Part shown: piece after piece, positions 1 through 7,092 of the stretch
How the letters are laid out: each line of letters starts with the position of its first letter
How positions within the stretch are numbered: the stretch's first letter is position 1
Source of the DNA: Solirubrobacterales bacterium
Lineage (GTDB): Bacteria; Actinomycetota; Thermoleophilia; Solirubrobacterales; 70-9
DNA length: 64,000 nucleotides
Assembly (NCBI GenBank): GCA_044867925.1
Contig: JBIOVV010000008.1
Coordinates: 57,252 to 121,251, forward strand
Reading direction: 5' to 3'
Made by a program: the position numbers and the translations under genes
The notes under the pieces: model-generated
Seen by the model: only the letters and a program-made list of their open reading frames with translations
What the model was told of the DNA's origin: nothing
The model's database searches: none

Positions 1-1
1 G

Positions 2-130
2 GAGGTCTACCCGGCAGGGGTGCCGCTCATCAGCGAAGGCGACGATCCCGGCCCTCGCCTCGTTGCTGCCCTCCGTGACTGTCGAGCCGCAATGTCCGCC
101 CCCACAGAGCCACAGGAGGGAAGGAAGTGA
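2..130 (+). CDS. 3' end of an upstream CDS cut by the window edge (last ~42 aa); function unknown
   Basis: The frame is open from the window edge to TGA 128-130. That stop overlaps the GTG start of the next gene (GTGA), the same start/stop coupling seen for the next three genes. No recognisable motif. Confidence 0.3.
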   Translation, partial: EVYPAGVPLISEGDDPGPRLVAALRDCRAAMSAPTEPQEGRK

Positions 131-732
131 GCGGCGGATTCAAGACGATCGTCGCCGATCCCCCATGGCAGTACCGCAAGGCCCCGGTAAGCGAGTCGAA
201 ATCGGCCCACAAGAACCGGTGGATTGAGACCGGACATTACGAGACCGTCCCGATCCGAGAGATGGCCAAGCTCAACGTAGCGAGCATCGCCGCACCCGAC
301 GCCCATCTCTACCTGTGGGTGACCAACCCAAGGCTCTACGGCGACCGGGGGGACCTCTCCTTCACGCCGGCCCACCTGATGAAGGCATGGGGCTTTGAGT
401 ACCGCACGACCCTCACCTGGCACAAGCTGGGCTCCCCCGGGATGGGCAAGTACTACCGCGTCGACACCGAGCACGTCCTCTTCGGCATTCGCGGATCCTG
501 CCCAGTCCCCTCCTCGCAGCGTATCTCCAACCTCTTCGCAGCCCGCAAGGGCGAACACTCCGTCAAGCCCGACCTCTTCATGGACATCGTGGAGAGCGTC
601 TCGCCCGCCCCCTACCTGGAGCTGTTCGCAAGACGCGCACGGCTGGGCTGGGATTGCTGGGGCAACCAGGTCGACAGCACCGTGGAGCTGGGGAGGACCG
701 CACAGCGAACCGTGGCTGAGGAGGGGCGGTAG
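127..732 (+). CDS. MT-A70 family DNA N6-adenine methyltransferase
   Basis: 201-aa ORF with the N-terminal catalytic motif IVADPPWQY (DPPW). Downstream blocks HLYLWVTN and GFEY..TLTWHK..GMG.Y are typical of MT-A70-type methyltransferases. It lies in an operon with the integrase. Confidence 0.85.
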   Translation: MSGGFKTIVADPPWQYRKAPVSESKSAHKNRWIETGHYETVPIREMAKLNVASIAAPDAHLYLWVTNPRLYGDRGDLSFTPAHLMKAWGFEYRTTLTWHKLGSPGMGKYYRVDTEHVLFGIRGSCPVPSSQRISNLFAARKGEHSVKPDLFMDIVESVSPAPYLELFARRARLGWDCWGNQVDSTVELGRTAQRTVAEEGR

Positions 733-734
733 GG

Positions 735-944
735 GTGGAGCCTTGGCTCACCAAGCGCGAGCTCGCCCTGAAGCTCAGGAAGTCGACGCGCTCGATCGAG
801 CGCATGGACCTGCCCTGCCTTCGAGTCGGAGGCCAGAACCGCTATTTGCTGAGTCAGGTCGAAGCATCCTTGGCTGGAGTGCCCGAAGAGGGCGGCAATG
901 TGCTTCGCTTCCCGCGTGAGCGGACGAGAGGAGCGGCGGCGTGA
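735..944 (+). CDS. Small helix-turn-helix DNA-binding protein, excisionase/AlpA-like
   Basis: 69 aa. WLTKRELALKLRKSTRSIERM..LP.....G.NRYL matches the excisionase-family HTH pattern. The start is 3 nt after the methyltransferase stop. Confidence 0.6.
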   Translation: MEPWLTKRELALKLRKSTRSIERMDLPCLRVGGQNRYLLSQVEASLAGVPEEGGNVLRFPRERTRGAAA

Positions 945-1219
945 TTGAGATCGGCCCCCAATGGGTCGACCCACCAGGGCATTTTGTCTTCAAGGGCCAG
1001 CCGGTCGAGTGGCACGACTCGTATCGGGGGGTCTCGGCCGAGGATCTCCCAGCCCTGCTCGTTGGCCGCACGGTGGTCGCGGTTCGCCTCAAGGAGGAGA
1101 TTGCCCTGCTGCGCCTAGACGACGGTACACACGTCGGCATTCGAGGCGGTGGTCAGGGCGGAGAAGGTTGGGTAGAGGTCATGGCATGGGACGATGACCC
1201 CCCCGAGCCCAGCAGTTGA
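941..1219 (+). CDS. Hypothetical protein of the integrated element
   Basis: 92-aa ORF whose start and stop overlap both neighbours (941/944 and 1216/1219). No recognisable motif. Confidence 0.5.
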   Translation: MIEIGPQWVDPPGHFVFKGQPVEWHDSYRGVSAEDLPALLVGRTVVAVRLKEEIALLRLDDGTHVGIRGGGQGGEGWVEVMAWDDDPPEPSS

Positions 1220-2292
1220 CCGTCTGGCTCGACAAGAAGCGTGGCGGCTGGTGCTCGAAGTTCGAACTTGATGGCGAGCAGCGATGGACGCCGGGCGGTC
1301 CATGGAAACGGAAGGCCGAAGCAAAGGCGGCCGAGGATCGCCACCGCGATCGGTTGAAGGCAAGGCGCACCGACGAAACGTGCGCCGCTTTCGTTGAGCG
1401 CTGGCTCGAGGAGTGGCGGCGCCCGGCGACATCGACGAGGCGGTCCTACAGGACCGCGGCGCGGCGGTTCGCCGATGAGTTCGGGCCAACGCTGCTCGGG
1501 GAGGTCGAGCGTCCTTCCGCGTATAGCTGGGCGATCACCGTCCCCCGCAATGTCTCGAAGGTGATCTCGACGATGTACCAAGACGCATTCAACGTTGGCT
1601 TGGTCACTGCCAACCCCTTCGCCAACCTGAGGATCCCTGCGACCGAAAGGACCGAAGAGGTCGCGCCACCCTCTCTTGAGGAATTCCGCAAGCTCTTGGG
1701 CGCCTGCATGATCCACGGCGGCACCTTTGCCACCGAGTTCCGAGCCCTGCTCCAGTTCACGGCCTGGACAGGACTCCGCGCTGCCGAGATCCAAGGCCTC
1801 CAATGGCATGACATCGGAGAGGAGACGATCGCAGTTCGGCGGGCCCGGAAGGACGACGGAAACTATGGCCTGCCTAAGAACGGCAAGGAGCGCGAGATCG
1901 CTTTTCTTCAGCCAGCGCGCGTCCTCGACCATGTCCCTAAACGGGAGGGCTCGCCGTTCGTCTTTCACTCGCTGAGGGGAGAGGACTTGAATAAGGGCAA
2001 CCTCTACTACGCCTGGAAGGCCGTCCGCGACAACTCCGGCACGACGTTCGATCGCCTGGCCGCAGACGTGAAGCCGCTCCGATTCCACGACCTCCGCCAC
2101 TTCTGCGCCACCCAGCTCCTCGAACGTGGCAACTCGCACTTCGATGTCTCGGTACAGCTCGGGCATGAGGATGGCGGGGCGCTTGTGATGGCTCGATACG
2201 GCCACCCGTCCAAGGACGCGGCCCGCGCCCGCCTCTTGGCGACCGATGAATCCCTCGCCGGGACCGAGCACCGCCAAGCCGTCGGCGAGTAG
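1216..2292 (+). CDS. Tyrosine recombinase / phage-type integrase
   Basis: 358 aa. The C-terminal catalytic region reads TGLRAAEI (Arg), HDLRHFCATQLL (H-x-x-R) and LGHEDGGALVMARYGH (His...Tyr). An N-terminal SAM-like core-binding region is present. Confidence 0.9.
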   Translation: MTVWLDKKRGGWCSKFELDGEQRWTPGGPWKRKAEAKAAEDRHRDRLKARRTDETCAAFVERWLEEWRRPATSTRRSYRTAARRFADEFGPTLLGEVERPSAYSWAITVPRNVSKVISTMYQDAFNVGLVTANPFANLRIPATERTEEVAPPSLEEFRKLLGACMIHGGTFATEFRALLQFTAWTGLRAAEIQGLQWHDIGEETIAVRRARKDDGNYGLPKNGKEREIAFLQPARVLDHVPKREGSPFVFHSLRGEDLNKGNLYYAWKAVRDNSGTTFDRLAADVKPLRFHDLRHFCATQLLERGNSHFDVSVQLGHEDGGALVMARYGHPSKDAARARLLATDESLAGTEHRQAVGE

Positions 2293-2422
2293 TCCGAGTC
2301 GCTACGGGTCGCGAACCGTGCCTTTCGACCGGCGGACCCGTAGCAAATCCGTAGCGGGTTCCGCCGGACGTGGCTCTAGGATGCGGCTTGTCGGTGTTTC
2401 TTAACGGGTCGCCCCGATGTTT

Positions 2423-3391
2423 TCAGAGCGATTTTGCGCTGCCGTACTTTCTCTTGGCCCGCTTTTCGCAGCGCACGCGCCTGTGCTTTGAGTGGACCTG
2501 CCGGCACTGCTTGAGGGTGCCGGACAGCAGGGCGCGCCTGAGCCGTTCCAGTGTGACTTCTTCTTCCCCTCGCTTCCTCACCGCAGCCGCTGTCGCGGCC
2601 TCCTCATCCTGTCTCTTCTTCGCCGCTGCGGCCGCGGCGGCTTCCTCGTCTTGCCGCTTCTTTGCCGCCGCAGCCTCTTCCTCGCGCTGCTTGGCTTCGA
2701 TTTCCGCGGTGGTGACGGCCTTTATTTCGAGCGATGAGCTCGGGTGGATCACGAAGCTCAGTTCCACCCCGGTCGTGGCCAAGGGGTTGGCGCCTCTTTC
2801 GCCCATCGGAATCGCTTGCCGCTTTTCACCAAGGGCGTTTTCGTATTCATCGGGGGTCTGCGTGGCGCCCGAGCGGCTGAGGATCGCCGTAAAGGAGGTC
2901 GTCGCTTTGTTGATCGGATCCACGGGAGAAAGGAAGGGGCCGCGTGCCTTGACGGATTCGCCCCCGCATTCGAAGTTCATGTAGATGCCGCCGCCCGGAT
3001 TGAGAAGCATGCCGACCTGGTGTTTTGCCTGATCGATGTACACGAGCTCAGCTTCGATCGTCCCGGTCCTGATTTCTTCCGCGTCGGCGCCTTCGGATTT
3101 GCATGCATGACCGTCATCGGTGCCGCCCTGCGCCTCGCATCCCGTGAAGACGTAGTTCGAAAGAGTCGAGCGCGGTCCGGTGATTTCACCCTCGCCTTCA
3201 GACTCGGTGCAGTGCACGACCGTGTCGAAGTCAGCCAGTGCGGCGGTCACTTCCCCGCCGTCAGCCGTAAAGCTGACGGGGAAAGCCGACCCGGGAGTCG
3301 CAAATTCGAGCACTGGAGAGGCCGCCTTCGCGTGAGCGGGCGCGATCGCCAGCGCCAGGAACGCAATCGACGCCACGACGCAAGCCCCCAT
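2423..3391 (-). CDS. Secreted hypothetical protein with a Lys/Glu/Ala-rich coiled segment and a polybasic C-terminal tail
   Basis: I chose the internal ATG at 3391. It gives the signal peptide MGACVVASIAFLALAIAPAHA/KAAS and avoids overlap with the TetR gene. The C-terminus carries AAAAKKRQDEEAA twice and then LKQCRQVHSKHRRVRCEKRAKRKY. Confidence 0.7.
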   Translation of the reverse strand: MGACVVASIAFLALAIAPAHAKAASPVLEFATPGSAFPVSFTADGGEVTAALADFDTVVHCTESEGEGEITGPRSTLSNYVFTGCEAQGGTDDGHACKSEGADAEEIRTGTIEAELVYIDQAKHQVGMLLNPGGGIYMNFECGGESVKARGPFLSPVDPINKATTSFTAILSRSGATQTPDEYENALGEKRQAIPMGERGANPLATTGVELSFVIHPSSSLEIKAVTTAEIEAKQREEEAAAAKKRQDEEAAAAAAAKKRQDEEAATAAAVRKRGEEEVTLERLRRALLSGTLKQCRQVHSKHRRVRCEKRAKRKYGSAKSL

Positions 3392-3500
3392 GCGTCCGAG
3401 CTGCCCGCCTCTCAACTGTCCTGATTCCAGGTGTTCGCCCCCTCTGTTCGACCGCTTCCCAGCGCGAAATCGTAGCTGACGTCCTGCCGAAATCGGAACT

Positions 3501-4190
3501 TCAGCTACCGCGCCTCGCGGCTTGCGCACTCGACGTGGCTGGAGCCGACGTCCTCCCCTCGCCGACCCCCATGGCCCGCAGGCTCGTCCTGGCGAAATCC
3601 ATCAGCGGTGCATGGAGCTCATCCAGCCCGGCCGTCTGGCCGGCGGCCATCCGGCGGGTGACGACGCCGACCGTCGCCGAGAACACTGCCTCGCAGGCGA
3701 AGCGCCGGCGCTCGTCCTCGGCCTCCAGCAGCGACGCCATCATCTCGATGCCGACCGTCTGGCCCTGGTTGCGCCGGGCGAGTGCCGCGGGCCCGGCGGC
3801 ATAGCTCTCGATCAGGGCGGCGCGGGCGAGCGCCGGCTCCTGCTGCACCACCTCCAGGTAGCGCGCGAGAAAGCGCTCGAACTGTTCGATCGGCTCGGGG
3901 CCGGTCGCGCCCGCCTCTTCCGAGAAGGCCTCCTGCAGCTCGTCCAAGAGCTTTTCCACCACTGCGTCGTAGCCGGCGAGGAAGCAGGCCTCCTTGTTGG
4001 CGAAATGCTCGTAGAAGGTTTCGCGAGAGACGCCGGCGCGCTTCAGCACATCGGCGACCGTGACGTTCGCGTAGCCGAGGTCGACCGCGGCCTCGGCCAT
4101 GCCGCGCATCATCCGTTCGCGCTGGGATTCCGCCACCTGCTCGCGGCTGAGGCCGTGCCGGCCGGGGGGGAGCTTTCGCGGCGCCACCAA
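3501..4190 (-). CDS. TetR family transcriptional regulator
   Basis: The N-terminal HTH reads GYANVTVADVLKRAGVSRETFYEHFANKEACF. Size is about 229 aa. The start is TTG 4190 or GTG 4187. Confidence 0.9.
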   Translation of the reverse strand: MVAPRKLPPGRHGLSREQVAESQRERMMRGMAEAAVDLGYANVTVADVLKRAGVSRETFYEHFANKEACFLAGYDAVVEKLLDELQEAFSEEAGATGPEPIEQFERFLARYLEVVQQEPALARAALIESYAAGPAALARRNQGQTVGIEMMASLLEAEDERRRFACEAVFSATVGVVTRRMAAGQTAGLDELHAPLMDFARTSLRAMGVGEGRTSAPATSSAQAARRGS

Positions 4191-4200
4191 GTGGATACTA

Positions 4201-4226
4201 GTTTACGAACGATTTTGTTCGTAAAC
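4201..4226. promoter_or_regulatory. Perfect palindromic operator (GTTTACGAAC-N6-GTTCGTAAAC), probable TetR binding site
   Basis: The 10-bp arms at 4201-4210 and 4217-4226 are exact reverse complements. The site sits between the divergent TetR gene and the CMD/SDR genes. It abuts a TANNNT box (minus-strand TAGTAT, 4195-4200) just upstream of the TetR start. Confidence 0.6.
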
Positions 4227-4422
4227 CTGCTAGCTTGCGCGGATCGAGGCGACCTGGAGACCACGCATCGAGCCCGGCGGTCGTGCCGAGATCGGCCTGG
4301 TCAACTGGGCGATCGTCAGCCTGATCGGCCTGGCGCTGCGGCGGCAGCCGCCACACGTATTCACCACCCTCGCTCGTCACCGGCGGCTCTTCCGGCGCTG
4401 GCTCTGGTTCGCGGGTGCGCTG

Positions 4423-4815
4423 ATGCCGGGAGGGAAGCTGCCGCGCCGCGACACCGAGCTGGTGATCCTGCGGGTCGCCCACAACACCGGCTCGGAGTAC
4501 GAGCGCGAACAGCACGAGAAGATCGCCCGCGACGTCGGGATGAGCGCCGGGGAAGTGGCCCGGGTGCGCGAGGGCGCGGGCGCGCCCGACTGGTCCGGGC
4601 GTCAGTCGGTCCTGCTCGAGGCAACCGACGCGCTGCACGCGCACCAGTGGATCGGCGATGAGCTCTGGGCGCGCCTCCGTGCCAAGTTCGACGAGCGCGA
4701 GCTGATCGAGCTCTGCATGCTCGTCGGCCACTACGAGATGCTCGCGATGACCCTCAACTCGCTGCGGGTGCGGCCGGACGGCGTCGGCCGGGAAAGCCGA
4801 GCGAGTGCCGGTTAG
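4423..4815 (+). CDS. Carboxymuconolactone decarboxylase (AhpD-like) family protein; N-terminus uncertain
   Basis: LPRRDTELVILRVAHNTGSEYEREQH and ELIELCMLVGHYEML are typical CMD-family blocks. The in-frame sequence upstream (from about 4243, RIEPGGRAEIGLVNW...) also looks like this family but has no ATG/GTG/TTG. Confidence 0.75.
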   Translation: MPGGKLPRRDTELVILRVAHNTGSEYEREQHEKIARDVGMSAGEVARVREGAGAPDWSGRQSVLLEATDALHAHQWIGDELWARLRAKFDERELIELCMLVGHYEMLAMTLNSLRVRPDGVGRESRASAG

Positions 4816-5659
4816 CGACCTGAAGGGGAAGCGCTGCCTGATCACCGGCGCCGCCAGCGGCATCGGCCGCGCGACCGCGCTCGCCGCGGCGGCCCGTGGG
4901 GCGGAGCTCTACCTGACCGACCTCCAGCCGGAGGGCCTGGAGCGGGCTCGTGCGGAGATCGAGGCAGCGGGCGGCCGCGTCGGCCACCGGCGCGCGCTCG
5001 ACATCGCCGACCACGACGCGGTCGTCGCCCTGGCCGAGGAGGTCCATGCCGCCCACGGCAGCATGGACGTGGTGATGAACATCGCCGGCGTCTCCACCTG
5101 GGGCCCGATCGACCAGCTCGCGCACAGCGACTGGCAGAAGATGATCGACGTCAACCTGATGGGGCCGATCTCCGTGCTCGAGAGCTTCGTGCCGCCGATG
5201 ATCGAGGCGGGCCGGGGGGGACACATCGTCAACGTCTCCTCGGCCGCGGGTTTGATCGCCTTGCCCTGGCACGCCGCCTACAGCGCCAGCAAGTTCGGCC
5301 TGCGGGGGGTGTCCGAAGTGCTCCGCTTCGATCTGAAGCGGCACGGCATCGGCGTCAGCCTGGTCTGCCCGGGGGCGGTCGCCACACCGCTCGTCGGCAC
5401 CCTGGAGGTGCGGGGCGTGGATCAGCAGCACCCCGCGTTCCAGGAGGCGATCGAGGACTTCGAGAAGCGCGCGGTCAGCCCCGAGCACGTGGCCGGGAAG
5501 ATCATCCAGGGAATCGAGAAGAACCGCTACCTGGTCTTCACCTCGACCGACATCCGGCTCGCATACTGGTGGCAGCGCAAGTTCTCGCCGGCCTATGACC
5601 TGGCGATGCGCCTCCTGCAGAGGCGCTTCGGCGCCGTCGTCAAGAAGACCGGGGCCTAG
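4805..5659 (+). CDS. Short-chain dehydrogenase/reductase (SDR) family oxidoreductase
   Basis: Rossmann motif ITGAASGIGRA, NIAG, and catalytic YSASKFGL (Y-x-x-x-K). It overlaps the CMD gene end by 11 nt. Confidence 0.9.
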   Translation: MPVSDLKGKRCLITGAASGIGRATALAAAARGAELYLTDLQPEGLERARAEIEAAGGRVGHRRALDIADHDAVVALAEEVHAAHGSMDVVMNIAGVSTWGPIDQLAHSDWQKMIDVNLMGPISVLESFVPPMIEAGRGGHIVNVSSAAGLIALPWHAAYSASKFGLRGVSEVLRFDLKRHGIGVSLVCPGAVATPLVGTLEVRGVDQQHPAFQEAIEDFEKRAVSPEHVAGKIIQGIEKNRYLVFTSTDIRLAYWWQRKFSPAYDLAMRLLQRRFGAVVKKTGA

Positions 5660-5734
5660 CGCTGCCGCTCTGAAGTTAGGTGCCCTGGACGGGTATCGCT
5701 CACGCGAGGCGGTCTCGGTGCCGATAGGTGCGAC

Positions 5735-6022
5735 GTGAGCCAGGCCGAAATCGAGCAGAAAGAGCGCCGGGTCGAACGAGTCCGGTTCGAAACCGACCGG
5801 CACCGGATCGTCGGCGACCTGACCCTGCCGCCCGAGGGCTACCAGAGCCGCTTCTCGGACTCGCTCAACCGGCCCGACGTCGTCTTCCTCCCCTTGGTCG
5901 ACGTCGAAGTGTCCTCGCTGACGGGGGGCGACGTCGAACGGCTTCCCTTCCTCGTCCTCAGCAAGTCCCACGTGCGGATCGCCTACCCGATCGACTCCGA
6001 GCGGCAGCAGCGTCGCGACTGA
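5735..6022 (+). CDS. Hypothetical small protein
   Basis: 95-aa ORF with genome-typical codon usage in an otherwise unexplained gap. No motif recognised. Confidence 0.5.
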   Translation: MSQAEIEQKERRVERVRFETDRHRIVGDLTLPPEGYQSRFSDSLNRPDVVFLPLVDVEVSSLTGGDVERLPFLVLSKSHVRIAYPIDSERQQRRD

Positions 6023-6041
6023 GCCCTGGCGGGCGAGTGGG

Positions 6042-6275
6042 CTACGCGCGTGCGCGTCGCTCGCGGCCGCCGCGGGCGTAGGAGCCGAGGTCGATCACGA
6101 AGGCGAGGATCACGATGAACCACTCGAAGCCGCTGACCCGGTTCGAGGAGCTCCACATCACCGCGTAGGCGAGCGTCGTCCAGGGCAGTAGGAAGAAGCC
6201 GAGGAAGGGCACGAACCAGCCGTCGAAGGCGCGGCTGAGCAGATCGCTGAAGAGCCACAACGCGAAGAGCGCCAA
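6042..6275 (-). CDS. Small integral membrane protein
   Basis: 77 aa with two or three hydrophobic helices (LFALWLF..., [35 protein letters not shown]). TTG start; the N-terminus is uncertain. Confidence 0.45.
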   Translation of the reverse strand: MALFALWLFSDLLSRAFDGWFVPFLGFFLLPWTTLAYAVMWSSSNRVSGFEWFIVILAFVIDLGSYARGGRERRARA

Positions 6276-6341
6276 TCGTGGCGAGATCAGGGCGAAGAGG
6301 ATTACGAAGCAGCCGATGCGGCCAAGCTACCCTGTTTCGAG

Positions 6342-6992
6342 ATGCTGGGATTCAAGAAGACGCGGATGCCCGCGGCCGGGGACGCGCTGCCGGGGCGCAG
6401 CGAGCCCGCCTTTGACGTTGCCGAGCGCCACGCCGTGCTCGACGTGCCGCTGCAGCCACCCTTTCCGGACGGGATCGAGGCCGCCTTCTTCGCGCTTGGC
6501 TGCTTCTGGGGGGCGGAGCGGCTCTTCTGGGGGATCGACGGCGTCTACACGACCGCGGTCGGCTACATGAACGGGACCACGCCGAACCCGACCTACGAGG
6601 AGGTCTGCAGCGGCCAGACCGGGCACGCGGAGGCGGTGCTGGTTGCCTTCGACCCGGAGCAGGTCACCTACGCCGACCTGCTCAAGGTCTTCTTCGAGGA
6701 GCACGACCCGACCCAGGGAATGCGCCAGGGCAACGACGTCGGCACCCAGTACCGCTCCGGGATCTACTTTGCGAACGATGCCCAGAAGGCGACCGCCGAG
6801 ATGGCGCGGCGCGCCTACGACGAGGACCTGCGCGCCGCCGGCCACGAGCCGGTGACGACCGAGGTCGAGCCGGCCGGGCCCTTCTACTACGCCGAGGACT
6901 ACCACCAGCAGTACCTGCACAAGGTGCCGAACGGCTACTGCGGCCTGGCCGGCACCGGGGTTTCCTGCCGCATCCCCGCCGCTGCCTCCTAG
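6342..6992 (+). CDS. msrA: Peptide-methionine (S)-S-oxide reductase
   Basis: Active-site GCFWGAE, followed by GYMNG...[18 protein letters not shown] and YHQQYL. Confidence 0.93.
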   Translation: MLGFKKTRMPAAGDALPGRSEPAFDVAERHAVLDVPLQPPFPDGIEAAFFALGCFWGAERLFWGIDGVYTTAVGYMNGTTPNPTYEEVCSGQTGHAEAVLVAFDPEQVTYADLLKVFFEEHDPTQGMRQGNDVGTQYRSGIYFANDAQKATAEMARRAYDEDLRAAGHEPVTTEVEPAGPFYYAEDYHQQYLHKVPNGYCGLAGTGVSCRIPAAAS

Positions 6993-7092
6993 CCGAACCG
7001 AGGTGCAACGCTTTTCGGTCCCACGGGGACCACTGCGCGTTGCGCCTCCGGCGGGGCCGCTCGCCCGGCGTGGCGAATAGCATCCCGCGCCG

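Larger units (their letters stand above)
1..2367 (+). mobile_element. Right-hand end of an integrated element (prophage/ICE-like module: methyltransferase, Xis-like HTH, ORF, integrase); left boundary lies outside the window
   Basis: Four translationally coupled genes end with an integrase, followed by an imperfect hairpin at 2329-2367. No tRNA or recognisable att repeat is adjacent, so the boundary is provisional. Confidence 0.5.

Noticed and set aside
2570-2700. GC-rich imperfect DNA repeat, considered as a tandem repeat or CRISPR-like array
   Set aside because: It lies inside the CDS at 2423-3391 and simply encodes the duplicated AAAAKKRQDEEAA coiled segment. There is no spacer/repeat architecture.
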